In this document: positions 26,681-36,395 of the stretch, piece by piece
How the letters are laid out: each line of letters starts with the position of its first letter
Numbering within the stretch: the stretch's first letter is position 1
DNA from: Actinophytocola sp.
GTDB taxonomy: Bacteria; Actinomycetota; Actinomycetes; Mycobacteriales; Pseudonocardiaceae
Direction of reading: 5' to 3'
DNA: 64,000 bases
Assembly (NCBI RefSeq): GCF_036002505.1
Contig: NZ_DASYTH010000428.1
Coordinates: 76,002-140,001 of the forward strand
Translations under genes and position numbers: made by a program
Notes under the pieces: model-generated
The model's database searches: none
What the model was told of the DNA's origin: nothing
The model's input: the letters and a program-made list of their open reading frames with translations, nothing else

Positions 26681-28219
26681 TCAGTCCTCTGTAGACAGCC
26701 GGTAGCCCAGGTCCGGCTCGACGGTAGCCACGTCCAGCTGCGCCTTCTGCAGCCGGCCGGAGAAGTCCCAGTTCATCGCCTGCCAGCGGGTGAACTGGTC
26801 GAGCACCCACATGCCGGACTGCCGGCTGCCGTTGCCGGACCGGCCGTTGCCGCCGAACGGCAGGTGCGCCTCGGCGCCGGAGGTGGAGTTGTTCACGCTG
26901 ACCATGCCGGCGCCCACGCCCTGCCGGAACCGGAAGGCGCTGGCCGGATCGGTGGTGTAGATCGACGACGACAGCCCGTAGCCCGGCGCGTTCGCCAGCT
27001 CGATCGCCCCGTCCAGGGTGCGGTACGTGGTCACGCCGACGATCGGGCCGAACGTCTCCTCGGTGAAGATCCGGTCGTCCGGCCGCACCCCGTCCAGCAC
27101 CACCGGGTGGTAGTACAGGCCGCCGTCCCCGGTGAACCCGTTGCGCGGGTTGCCCGTGGTGATCCGGCCGGTGCCGGTGGAGCCGAGAACCGTGTGGTGG
27201 TCGCCGACCCAGCCGAGCACGTCCTCGTAGGAGCTGGCGAACTTCGCGTCCAGCATGGGGCCGTAGAGCACGTCGCCGGTGGGGTCGCCGACCGCCGCCG
27301 AGCGCACCGCGGCGTCGAAGCGGCTCAGGAACTCGTCGTGCACGTCCTCGTGGACGATCACCGTGCCGAGCGAGGTGCAGCGCTGGCCGGCGGTGCCGAA
27401 CCCGGAGAACAGCGCGCCCTCCACGGCCAGGTCGAGCTCGGCGTCCGGGGTGATCACCATCGGGTTCTTGCCGCCCAGCTCCAGGCAGGGCGACTGCAGG
27501 TACCGCCCGCACAGCTCGCCGATCCGGGTGCCCACCGCGCTGGAGCCGGTGAAGCCCACCTTGTCCACCAAACCCGCGGCCAGCGCCGCGCCCAGACCGT
27601 CGAAAGTGGACTGTCCACTGGCGGCGACCAGGTTGAGCACGCCGGTGGGCAGGCCGGCCCGCCAGGCCAGCTCGGCCAGGGCCAGGGCGCTCGCCGAGGC
27701 GTACTCGGCCGGCTTCCACACCACGGCGTTGCCGCACAGCAGCGCGGGCACCAGGTACCAGGCCGGCACCGCGACCGGGAAGTTGCCGGCGGTGATCACC
27801 GCGGCCACCCCGACCGGCACCCGGAACGTGAACAGCTGCTTGTCCGGCATCTCCGAGGGCACGGTCTGGCCGTAGAGCCGGCGGCCCTCGCCGAGGAAGA
27901 AGTCGCAGGTGTCCACGATTTCCTGGACCTCACCGCGGGCCTCGGCCAGCGGTTTGCCGATCTCCCTGGTCACCAGCCGGGCCAGGGTCTCGGCGTTGGC
28001 CTCGACCAGCCGCCCGAGCGCCGCGACCGCCCGGCCGCGCACCGGGGCTGGCACCGCGGCCCACTCCCGCTGCGCCCGCCGGCCCGACTCCGCCGCCTGT
28101 CGAAGCGCTTCGGCGCCGGCCAGCCGCACGGCGGCCACCACGTCGTCGAGCCTCGCGGGGTTGCGGGACAGGTACTCCTCGCCGCCGTCGAGCGGCTTGC
28201 CGTCGATCACCGAGCTCAT
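26681..28219 (-). CDS. Aldehyde dehydrogenase family protein
   Basis: VGFTGSSAVG, LELGGKNP, GQRCTS catalytic Cys motif; ATG 28219 (MSSVIDGKPL). Confidence 0.9.
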   Translation of the reverse strand: MSSVIDGKPLDGGEEYLSRNPARLDDVVAAVRLAGAEALRQAAESGRRAQREWAAVPAPVRGRAVAALGRLVEANAETLARLVTREIGKPLAEARGEVQEIVDTCDFFLGEGRRLYGQTVPSEMPDKQLFTFRVPVGVAAVITAGNFPVAVPAWYLVPALLCGNAVVWKPAEYASASALALAELAWRAGLPTGVLNLVAASGQSTFDGLGAALAAGLVDKVGFTGSSAVGTRIGELCGRYLQSPCLELGGKNPMVITPDAELDLAVEGALFSGFGTAGQRCTSLGTVIVHEDVHDEFLSRFDAAVRSAAVGDPTGDVLYGPMLDAKFASSYEDVLGWVGDHHTVLGSTGTGRITTGNPRNGFTGDGGLYYHPVVLDGVRPDDRIFTEETFGPIVGVTTYRTLDGAIELANAPGYGLSSSIYTTDPASAFRFRQGVGAGMVSVNNSTSGAEAHLPFGGNGRSGNGSRQSGMWVLDQFTRWQAMNWDFSGRLQKAQLDVATVEPDLGYRLSTED

Positions 28220-28380
28220 CGTCCGCACCCGCCCACCGTACTGCCCGCCCGCGGACCACCGGCGCCCCAACGGGCAGCGGTCGGCCGCGATCGGGCGCCG
28301 GGAGTACTCCGCCGGGCGGCGCGCCCTCTGGTTTCCCGGAGCGGCAGGGAGCCGCCGAAACCTGTGGGAGTGATGTCTCA

Positions 28381-29316
28381 ATGAACGTTCGGACACTTCG
28401 TCGCGGCGTGCTGGTGCTGGCCGGGGTGGCCACGCTGGCACTGGCGCCGGCGACGGTCGCCCAGGCCGGGCCGGAGAAAGCGCCGGCGCCATCGGACGGG
28501 ATCGTCATGGTCAATGGTGCCGGCAAGACCATCACGGTGCCCAGAACCGTGCTGACCCAAGGAAAGTCCTCGTCCGCGGGCAGCTCGGGCAACGGGCTCG
28601 CCGGCAAGCCGGCGGACAAGACGAAGCCCGGCGGCTTCTCGGCCGACTCGGTGATCGGCACGGACGACCGGGTCCAGGAGTCCGACCCGTACGGCTACCC
28701 GTGGCGGGCGATCGCGCACCTGTCCACCAACCAGGGCGGCTGCACCGGGTTCATGCTCAGCCGCGACGTGCTGGTGACCGCGGGCCACTGCGTCTACCAC
28801 GGCGGCTGGGTCACCAGCTACCGCGTGGCGCCCGGCAAGAACGGCAGCGCCGAGCCCTACGGGTCGTGCAGCGGCGGCATCGCCGACGTGTGGACCACGT
28901 ACAACTACATCAGCACCGGCTCGGTGGACTACGACTACGGCCTGATCAAGCTCACCTGCGACATCGGCAACACGGTCGGCTGGTTCGGCTGGTGGTACAA
29001 CACCGGCGAGAACCTGGTGAACCAGTACTTCTACGTCGAGGGCTACCCGGGCGACAAGCCGTACGGGACGAACTGGTGGGACGGCGACTACTCGACCCAG
29101 CAGACCGCCACCCGGCTGTTCTACTGGAACGACACCGCGCCGGGGCAGAGCGGTTCGCCGATCTACCACTACAACTCCGTGACTCCGGGCCTGTGCGGCG
29201 GCTGGTGCGTCACCGGCATCCACACCACCGGCGTGTGGGACACCGCCTACAACAGCGGCACCCGGTTCAACCCGGACGTCATGTCCTTCATCAACTACTG
29301 GGTCAGCCAGCCCTGA
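28381..29316 (+). CDS. Secreted trypsin-like (S1B, Glu-endopeptidase-like) serine protease
   Basis: Signal peptide; TAGHC His motif; GQSGSP Ser motif. Confidence 0.85.
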   Translation: MNVRTLRRGVLVLAGVATLALAPATVAQAGPEKAPAPSDGIVMVNGAGKTITVPRTVLTQGKSSSAGSSGNGLAGKPADKTKPGGFSADSVIGTDDRVQESDPYGYPWRAIAHLSTNQGGCTGFMLSRDVLVTAGHCVYHGGWVTSYRVAPGKNGSAEPYGSCSGGIADVWTTYNYISTGSVDYDYGLIKLTCDIGNTVGWFGWWYNTGENLVNQYFYVEGYPGDKPYGTNWWDGDYSTQQTATRLFYWNDTAPGQSGSPIYHYNSVTPGLCGGWCVTGIHTTGVWDTAYNSGTRFNPDVMSFINYWVSQP

Positions 29317-29332
29317 TCCGCACCCCAGTCGT

Positions 29333-29371
29333 CGGGCCCCGGCTTCATCCACTCCGGGGCCCGGCCTTTTT
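29333..29371 (+). terminator. Rho-independent terminator
   Basis: cgggccccgg-11 nt-ccggggcccg then gccttttt. Confidence 0.75.
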
Positions 29372-29383
29372 CATGTGCGGCGT

Positions 29384-29996
29384 TCAATGGTTACCCACTT
29401 CGCGGCCGCTTCTGGAGTCCACCACCAGGGCTGAGCCCACGTGGACCATGTGCTCGCCCAGTCGGAACCCTTCCTCCGGACCCGGGGGTATCCCATCGAC
29501 AGCTTCGGCCACCAGCCTCCGCTCGACAAAGTTATGGAGGTGCAGGCTGAGCTTGCAGAGTTCGGCGGTCAGGTGGGCGTCAATATCCTGGTACGCAGCA
29601 CGGAGGGCGTCTCCTAATCAGCTCCGGCCCGCACGCCTCCGCAGCTGCACCGCTACCGCTCTCAGGAATCACACCAGCCCTCCTCGCAAGGCCCAACCAG
29701 TTGATGGCGCGAAGGACTCCTCAGGGCAACGCGGCCGCGTCCTGGGCCTGCTCCTGTACACGTCGGGCGTCCATATCGGCGAGGGCTTCGACGGCCAGAG
29801 CTATGAACCTCCTGAGCGCCTCGGCATCGAAAATGAAATCGAAGCTGTGCGATCCTCTGCCGAAGGTGAACTCCACCTCATCGCTGGCGCTGACGCTGTG
29901 CTTCATTGGGCAGCCTGCCCGGGCACTGGCCCAACTGGTTACCTTGAACAGCTCGAACATGACCTCTTTGCACTTCCGTTGTCCCGTGGGTGGCAC
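29384..29996 (-). pseudogene. Decayed ORF(s) in low-G+C island (in-frame TGA plus a frameshift)
   Basis: 29721..29996 ORF (..VEFTFGRGSHSFDFIFDAEALRRFIALAVEAL..). It reads on past its TGA (GVLRAINWLGLARRAG..), then shifts frame into GDALRAAYQDIDAHLTAELCKLSLHLHNFVERR..GNH*. Confidence 0.3.
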
Positions 29997-30129
29997 CCAG
30001 GCCAGGTGCCTTGTGAATCACGAAACCAGCAAGCGAGGACAGTGAGTAACCCTGTGTGCGCCGCTGGCACACCCTTAATCACCAGGAGTTATGCTCGATA
30101 CGCCCGCTGACCACCGAGCACCGTGAGGC

Positions 30130-31491
30130 GTGAACGACGACATGGCAAGGGAACCGGATGCCATCGCCGAGTTGCGGCGCTCGCTCGGTACGCAGCTTGC
30201 TACCTTCCGCCTAGCGGTCGAGGTAACCCAGGGCCAGCTCGCCAAGATCGCCATCTGCGACCGCACCACCATCAATCACATCGAGAAGGGGCGAGCCAGA
30301 GCAGACGAACGATTCTGGCGGGCGGTAGATGCTGCCTGCGACGCTGGCGGAGCCCTTGTTGCCGCCTTCCTGGAACTGGAGGCCGCCAAGGTTGAGCATG
30401 AGCAGCGGGAGCGTGAACAGCGCCTGGCATCGGTTCGGGCCAAGGCGGCTGCACTTCGTGGTCTGCCAGGTCTGGCACCCACCCATGGGCACGGTGGCGG
30501 TGTCGATCGGGTTGATATGCCGGAGCTGGAGGGGCTTCGCCGGGCGCTGCTGGGCCATCAACCGGATCGTGAGCGACTCTCGCCACGAGAGGCAGTGCCG
30601 AGTCCTACGCAGCTTGAAGCAGGCGTCCACCAAGCGCATCAGTTGTACCAAAGTGCTGACTATGACGGTGCTGCTCGATTGCTGCCACTGGTCATAAATC
30701 GCATCGAAGGAGCACATCCGAGCGTCAATATCCCCATGCACATCACGGCCGCTGCCTACCTCGCTGCTGCCAAATTGGCGACCAAGGTGGGAGATAGTAG
30801 CCTCGCGTGGGTGGCGGCCGACCGCACTTTGCGGCTTGCCCGGGAGACAAACCGCTTCGGGCTTATCGGCATTGCTCAGTACCAAGTCGCCTGTGCCTTG
30901 CTGGGAAGTGGCCATCTCGCCGACGCCGAACAGACTGCCGTCCAAGCGGTGGAGCACGTTGCCAGGCGCGTGACCTCTGTTCAACCGAGCATTGAGGATA
31001 GTATCTCCGCCCATGGTGCACTTTTGTTGCTCTTGGCAGTCACCGCGGCGCGCCGCGGCGATGGTCAAGCCGCCAGGAAAAACTTGCATACTGCTGCACG
31101 GCTGGCTGAACGGCTCGGCCAAGACGGCAATTGGCTATGGACGGCGTTCGGCCCAACGAACATCGTCATCCATGAACTCGCGGTGCATGTTGCACTTGGC
31201 GATTCACGCACAGCCTTGCAGCTTGGCGAGCGTATTGACACCGATGGATTACCGGCCGTACTGCGTGGTCGGCGTTCACAGGTACATCTGGAGTTGGGAT
31301 GGGCCTCGGCAGGGCAAGGTGACGACAGTTTGGCGGTCTTGCATCTTCTGGAAGCCGAGCGCGTTGCCAAGCAAACCGTTTCTCGAAACGCCACCGCTCG
31401 AGCACTGTTGACCACTTTGTTGGCTCGCGAACGCAAAAGTGCCACTCCTGGTTTGCGTGCTCTTGCAGCCAGGGCCGGAGTTGCGCCATGA
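30130..31491 (+). CDS. XRE-family HTH regulator with large helical/TPR-like C-terminal domain
   Basis: HTH QGQLAKIAICDRTTINHIEKG; about 350 aa helical repeat region; lower GC3 than neighbours. Confidence 0.8.
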   Translation: MNDDMAREPDAIAELRRSLGTQLATFRLAVEVTQGQLAKIAICDRTTINHIEKGRARADERFWRAVDAACDAGGALVAAFLELEAAKVEHEQREREQRLASVRAKAAALRGLPGLAPTHGHGGGVDRVDMPELEGLRRALLGHQPDRERLSPREAVPSPTQLEAGVHQAHQLYQSADYDGAARLLPLVINRIEGAHPSVNIPMHITAAAYLAAAKLATKVGDSSLAWVAADRTLRLARETNRFGLIGIAQYQVACALLGSGHLADAEQTAVQAVEHVARRVTSVQPSIEDSISAHGALLLLLAVTAARRGDGQAARKNLHTAARLAERLGQDGNWLWTAFGPTNIVIHELAVHVALGDSRTALQLGERIDTDGLPAVLRGRRSQVHLELGWASAGQGDDSLAVLHLLEAERVAKQTVSRNATARALLTTLLARERKSATPGLRALAARAGVAP

Positions 31492-32027
31492 CAGGATCGC
31501 CACGGCCAACACGAGTACTGTATCTGGTCGTCTGCGCCGCACCGCCTGCTCAAGCAGTCGGTGAACTAGTTGAACTTCTACAGGAACAAGACCGGACAGT
31601 TTGCGTGATTGCCACCCCGCGTGCCGCTGGTTGGATTGACGGCGCTGCACTCGCTGAGCAGACCGGGTATCCTGTGCGTCACGACTACAAACAGCCGGGC
31701 ACCCCGGAAACGTTGCCCTTGGCTGATGCCATCTTAGTTGTCCCCGCGACGTTCAATACGATAAATAAGTGGGTGGCTGGTGTTAGCGATACCTTCGCAT
31801 TGGGGCTGATGAATGAAGCCATAGGACTCAAACTTCCGATTACTGTGGTGCCGTACGTCAAGTCCAGCCTTGCGGCCCATCCGACATTCGAGCGAAACCT
31901 GCGCACGCTGGGTGAGTGGGGCGTGATTGTGCTGCCGAATGAGGTCATACGGATGAAATCCGCCGAATACTCCTTCGATTGGCGCCGGGTGGTGGACGCA
32001 CTTCACAACGAACAAGCCGCAGAGTGA
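31488..32027 (+). CDS. HFCD-type flavoprotein (CoaC/EpiD-like fold)
   Basis: VLYLVVCAAPPA Rossmann-like start and PATFNTINKWVAGVSD (compare PASANTxxKxAxGxxD); ATGA overlap with the XRE gene. Confidence 0.8.
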   Translation: MTGSPRPTRVLYLVVCAAPPAQAVGELVELLQEQDRTVCVIATPRAAGWIDGAALAEQTGYPVRHDYKQPGTPETLPLADAILVVPATFNTINKWVAGVSDTFALGLMNEAIGLKLPITVVPYVKSSLAAHPTFERNLRTLGEWGVIVLPNEVIRMKSAEYSFDWRRVVDALHNEQAAE

Positions 32028-32103
32028 GCACGGCTGGCCCTACGCCTACTTGTGGCAGCAAGTGGCTGATGTGACACATGTGGCTGATGGTATGGTCAGC
32101 GAT

Positions 32104-32156
32104 GCGATGAATGACTCATTCAGTGCGCCAGCCGCAGTGAATGAGTCATTCATCGC
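32104..32156. repeat. GCGATGA...TCATCGC hairpin-family element
   Basis: gcgatgaatgactcattcagtgcg-ccagc-cgcagtgaatgagtcattcatcgc, 24-nt arms with 1 mismatch. Confidence 0.85.
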
Positions 32157-32198
32157 AGGCTTCGGCAGAGGTCAGGCGGTCCAGGGCATGATGGGCCG

Positions 32199-33251
32199 GT
32201 GCGGGCGGTGATCTACGAGGAGTTCGGTCAGCTGCCGGAGGTGCGCGAGGTCCCGGACCCGGCGCCGTCCCGGCTCGGAGCGGTGATCGGGGTCGAGGCC
32301 ACCGGGTTGTGCCGCAGCGACTGGCACGGCTGGCAGGGGCACGACCCGGACATCCGGCCGCCGCACGTGCCCGGGCACGAGCTGGCCGGAATCGTTGCGG
32401 CGGTGGGGGATCGGGTGACCCGCTGGCGGCCCGGGGATCGGGTCACGGTGCCGTTCATCTGTGCCTGCGGGACCTGTGCCGCCTGTGCGCGCGGCGCCCA
32501 GCAGGTGTGCGAGCGGCAGACTCAACCCGGGTTCACGCACTGGGGCTCGTTCGCCGAGTATGTGCTGATCGAGCACGCGGACGTGAACCTGGTCGGCATC
32601 CCGGAGTCGCTGCCGTTCGGCACCGCGGCGAGCCTGGGCTGCCGGTTCGCCACGGCGTTCCGGGCGGTGGTGACGCAGGGCCGGGTGGCGCCGGGGGAGT
32701 GGGTCGCGGTGCACGGCTGCGGCGGCGTCGGGCTCTCCGCGGTCATGGTCGCGGCGGCCGCCGGCGCGCGTGTCGTCGCGGTGGACATCGCCGCGCCGGC
32801 CCTCGACCTGGCCGGCACGCTGGGCGCCGAGGTGTGCCTGGACGGCTCGACCGGCGACACCGCATCGTCCATTGTGGACCTGACCGGCGGCGGCGCACAC
32901 CTGTCGCTGGACGCGCTGGGCAGCCCGGCCACGGCTGCGGCGTCGGTCAACTGCCTGCGCCGGCACGGCCGGCACCTCCAGGTCGGCCTGCTGCCCGTGG
33001 ACCCGCCGCTGCCGATGGCCCGGGTGATCGCCTACGAGCTCACCATCCTCGGCAGCCACGGCATGCCCGCGCACGCCTACCCGCCGATGCTCGACCTGGT
33101 CACGTCCGGGGTGCTGCGGCCGGACCTCCTGGTGACCCGGACGATCGGCCTCGACGCCGCACCGGAAGCCTTGGTGGCCATGGGTTCCGCGCCCGGCAGC
33201 GGCGTGACGATCATCGAGCCGTGCTCTTCAGCTCGGGAATGTTGGCCATAG
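32199..33251 (+). CDS. Zn-dependent alcohol dehydrogenase (MDR family)
   Basis: [14 protein letters not shown], CxxCxxCxxxxxxxC structural Zn site, GCGGVG NAD motif. Confidence 0.9.
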   Translation: MRAVIYEEFGQLPEVREVPDPAPSRLGAVIGVEATGLCRSDWHGWQGHDPDIRPPHVPGHELAGIVAAVGDRVTRWRPGDRVTVPFICACGTCAACARGAQQVCERQTQPGFTHWGSFAEYVLIEHADVNLVGIPESLPFGTAASLGCRFATAFRAVVTQGRVAPGEWVAVHGCGGVGLSAVMVAAAAGARVVAVDIAAPALDLAGTLGAEVCLDGSTGDTASSIVDLTGGGAHLSLDALGSPATAAASVNCLRRHGRHLQVGLLPVDPPLPMARVIAYELTILGSHGMPAHAYPPMLDLVTSGVLRPDLLVTRTIGLDAAPEALVAMGSAPGSGVTIIEPCSSARECWP

Positions 33252-33348
33252 TCCTGGGTCGCCTCGCGCGGCGGGTCACCAGGACCACTCCTCGGGCAGA
33301 CCTCGTTCCTCGGCCTGCCCTCGTCGTGGTGGGCCAACTCCCTCGCCT

Positions 33349-33370
33349 CGGCATTCGCAAGCTCATGCCG
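33349..33370 (-). repeat. Solitary hairpin module with GAGCTTGCGA loop, containing the CapA stop codon
   Basis: Minus strand CGGCA-TGAGCTTGCGA-ATGCCG; the TGA of the CapA-like gene (33363-33365) lies in the loop. Confidence 0.5.
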
Positions 33371-34520
33371 TGGGCGGGCTGAGCGCGCCGTCCGGTCCGA
33401 CGGAGACGGCCGAGGACGGCAGGTCGGCCGCGGAGAGGTCGCGGACCAGGGTCAGCGCCTTGCCCCGGCTGTCGGTGGCGGGGATGCCGCCGTTGATCAT
33501 CTCGGTGCCGACCAGGGTGCCGCGCACCCAGGTGCCGTCCCTGGCCAGGGTGGCCCGCAGGACCGCGCCGACGCCGAGCGGGTAGGAGGTGCTGAGCACC
33601 TTGTAGCCGGCGAAGTTGCCCATGCTGTAGGCGATCAACCGTCCTTTGTAGAACTCCATGCCGCGCAGCACGTGCGGGCTGTGCCCGACCACGAGGTCGG
33701 CGCCGGCGTCCACCACGCGGTGGGCGAACCCCATGGGGTCGCCGCGGTTCTCGCCGAGGAAGATCTCGGTGCCGGGCTTGACGTGCTGGTGGTCCGCGCC
33801 CTCGCCGCCGACGTGCATGTTCACCACGACCAGGTCGGCCTGCTCGGACGCTCGGCGCACCAGCCGGGTGGCCGCGTCGAGGTCGGTGACGCTCTGCATC
33901 CACGCGTACGGACCGAAGCCGAGCACCGCGACCGTGATGCCGTTCGCCTGGTGCACGGCGATCTCGCCGGCGCCGCCGGTGGGTTTCAGGCCGGCGGTGC
34001 CGAGCGCGGCCCGGGTGTCGCGCAGGCCGGCCGGGCCGGCGTCGTTGGTGTGGTTGTTGGCCAGGTTGAGCACGTGGAAGCCGCCGTCGCGGAGCACGGT
34101 GGCGTAGGCCGGCGGCAACCGGAAGGCGAAGCAGGTCTCCTTGGCCGGCGGTCCGCCGGGTGGCGGTGCGGAGGTGCTGGGCGGCGGCGGTTTCTGGCAC
34201 TTGGTCGACCCGGTCGCATCGGTCAGCGGCGTCTCCAGATTTCCCATGGTCAGGTCGGATCGAAGCGCTTCGGCGACGCGGTCGAAGAAGCCGCGGCCGT
34301 TGTTCGGCGGCAGCCGGTCGGGTGCGCTGCCCATCAGGATGTCGCCGACCGCGGCGATCGTGATGGCGGGCGGGGTGCCGTCCGGCGGGGTCACCGGCAG
34401 CGACGAGGCCGGGAGTTGCTGGAAGGTGCTCGGTGGCGGGGTCGGCTGGCCCGCGATCGTCGAGCACCCGGCCGCGAGCAGCGCGGCGGCCAGGACGCCG
34501 GCGAGCGGCTGCGTGCGCAT
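33363..34520 (-). CDS. CapA-family (metallophosphatase-like) lipoprotein
   Basis: Lipobox LLAAGCS; ITIAAVGDILMG, NLETPL, VLNLANNH, VVGHSPH motifs. Confidence 0.85.
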   Translation of the reverse strand: MRTQPLAGVLAAALLAAGCSTIAGQPTPPPSTFQQLPASSLPVTPPDGTPPAITIAAVGDILMGSAPDRLPPNNGRGFFDRVAEALRSDLTMGNLETPLTDATGSTKCQKPPPPSTSAPPPGGPPAKETCFAFRLPPAYATVLRDGGFHVLNLANNHTNDAGPAGLRDTRAALGTAGLKPTGGAGEIAVHQANGITVAVLGFGPYAWMQSVTDLDAATRLVRRASEQADLVVVNMHVGGEGADHQHVKPGTEIFLGENRGDPMGFAHRVVDAGADLVVGHSPHVLRGMEFYKGRLIAYSMGNFAGYKVLSTSYPLGVGAVLRATLARDGTWVRGTLVGTEMINGGIPATDSRGKALTLVRDLSAADLPSSAVSVGPDGALSPPTA

Positions 34521-34533
34521 GGCGGGGAGTGTC

Positions 34534-35184
34534 TCAGAGCAGGTGATGATCGTGTGCGTAGATGGCCGCCTGGGTGCGGTCCCGCAGGCCCAGCCGGCTC
34601 AGGATGCTGGACACGTGGTTCTTCACGGTGCCCTCGCTGACCGCCAGCCGGGTGGCGATCTCCCGGTTCGTGGCGCCGGCCGCGATCAGCCGCAGCACCG
34701 CCACCTCGCGTGCGGTCAGCTTGACGTCGGCTGTGGACGGTTCCGCGGTGGATCGCTTGTCCAGGGCGGAAACCAGGCGGGTGGTCACCGAGGGGTCGAA
34801 CTGGTGCACGCCGGCATGCGCCATCCGCACCGCCTGGGCGAGGTCGGCCGCCGGGAGGTCCTTGAGCAGGTACCCGCTGGCCCCCGATCGAAGCGCTTCG
34901 ACGACGTACTCCTCGTCGTCGAACGTGGTCAGCATCAGCACCCGGCAGCCCGGCGCCCGCCCGCGCAGCGCCGCGGCGGCCGCCACCCCGTCCATGCCCG
35001 GCATCCGCACGTCCATCAGCACCACGTCGGCCTCGAGTGCCACCGCCCGCTCCACCGCCTCGGCACCGCCCCCGGCGGTGCCGACCACCGCGATGCCGGG
35101 CTGGATCCCCAGTAGCGAAGCGATTCCCTCGCGGATCAACCGCTGGTCATCGGCCACCAGCACGCGGATCGGCGCCGCGGTCAC
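34534..35184 (-). CDS. NarL/LuxR-family response regulator
   Basis: IRVLVADDQ..VVLMDVRMPGMDG receiver domain plus LuxR HTH; GTGA overlap with the kinase stop. Confidence 0.9.
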   Translation of the reverse strand: MTAAPIRVLVADDQRLIREGIASLLGIQPGIAVVGTAGGGAEAVERAVALEADVVLMDVRMPGMDGVAAAAALRGRAPGCRVLMLTTFDDEEYVVEALRSGASGYLLKDLPAADLAQAVRMAHAGVHQFDPSVTTRLVSALDKRSTAEPSTADVKLTAREVAVLRLIAAGATNREIATRLAVSEGTVKNHVSSILSRLGLRDRTQAAIYAHDHHLL

Positions 35185-36356
35185 CGCTGCCCCCGGGCGG
35201 GAACCGAGGCGACCAGGCGGGTGCCCCGGCCCGGGGCGCTCTCGATGGAGAGCGAGCCGCCGGCCGAGCGCACCCGCTCCTCCATCCCGCGCAGGCCGAA
35301 GCCGGGTTCGGCGCCGTCCAGGCCCCGCCCGTCGTCGTCGACGGTCAGGCTGGCGGCGTCCTCGGCGAGCCGCACCCGCACGGTCACCCGGGTCGCCCCG
35401 GAGTGCCGGCGGGCGTTGGTCAGACCCTCCTGCGCCGCGCGGTACAAAACCAGCAAAGCCGGGCTGGCGAACCGCTTCTCGTCGCCTACGACGTCCAGCT
35501 CGACGGCCAGCCGCCCGTCCATTCCCGCCACCAGCTTGCGCAACGCGGTGCCCAGCGCGAAGGTCCCCGCGTCGTGCAGCGCGCCGACCGACTGGCGGAC
35601 CTCTTCCAGGGCGTACTTCGTGGACAGCCGGGCGTCGGCGAGGGCCTGGTCCGCCGCGGCCGGATCCCGCTGTCGAAACGCTTCGACCTTCTCCAGCTGC
35701 ACGGCGATCACGGTCAAATGGTGGCCGAGGCTGTCGTGGATGTCCCGGGTCAACCGGTTGCGCTCGGTGGCCGTGGCCAGCTCGGCGGCGCTCGCGGCCA
35801 GGCGTTCGGCCCGCGCCGCCACCGCGGCCATGGACACCGCCAGAACCAGGCCGGTGCCGAGCATCAGCACGTCGGAGATCTGCTCCTGATCGGTGTACCA
35901 GCCCGGTGTGGTGAGGGAGAGCCGCACTACCAGCCCGCCCGCCACCAGTCCGGCCAGCGCGTAGCCCGCCGCTCGGCCCAGTGAGAAGTACGCCAGGAAC
36001 GGCACCAGCACGTACAGAATGCGGGAGAACCCGGAGCACTCCAGCTCGCCGACCGCCCAGAACGCCACCAGCCGCACCGCCAGCAACCCGACCGCGATCG
36101 GGCGCGCGGCGGGGAGGCGCCGCTCCAGCACCTCCAGCCCGATCAGGAAACCCAGCACCGCAACGAACCCGGCCAGCCGCGGCACCATCGGCGGTTCCGG
36201 GCACAGCCCCGCGACCGCGAACGCCACACCGGCCACCAGCACCGCGGCGTACAGGATCGACGTCACCCAGGGCAGCAGTCTCGGCGCGCCGGCCTCCATG
36301 GGCGCCGACAATACGGTGGCCGCAAGGCACATGACCTCCGGCCAACCGGTCGGCAC
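35181..36356 (-). CDS. Sensor histidine kinase (HisKA_3 type)
   Basis: RNRLTRDIHDSLGHHL H-box, HATPase N/G boxes; N-terminal TM region; start uncertain. Confidence 0.85.
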   Translation of the reverse strand: MPTGWPEVMCLAATVLSAPMEAGAPRLLPWVTSILYAAVLVAGVAFAVAGLCPEPPMVPRLAGFVAVLGFLIGLEVLERRLPAARPIAVGLLAVRLVAFWAVGELECSGFSRILYVLVPFLAYFSLGRAAGYALAGLVAGGLVVRLSLTTPGWYTDQEQISDVLMLGTGLVLAVSMAAVAARAERLAASAAELATATERNRLTRDIHDSLGHHLTVIAVQLEKVEAFRQRDPAAADQALADARLSTKYALEEVRQSVGALHDAGTFALGTALRKLVAGMDGRLAVELDVVGDEKRFASPALLVLYRAAQEGLTNARRHSGATRVTVRVRLAEDAASLTVDDDGRGLDGAEPGFGLRGMEERVRSAGGSLSIESAPGRGTRLVASVPARGQR

Positions 36357-36395
36357 TTACCGTGCACCGGATCGCATGCCTAGCGTCGGCGGCAC

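Noticed and set aside
26267-28384. 705-aa + strand ORF; the same applies to 24237..26156 (-) and 24566..25963 (+)
   Set aside because: These are antisense or alternative frames of the ALDH and E1 genes, both of which carry unambiguous catalytic motifs.
28701-30110. 469-aa + strand ORF bridging the protease gene and the low-G+C island
   Set aside because: It starts in an alternative frame of the protease gene and crosses the terminator. The translation is not protein-like.
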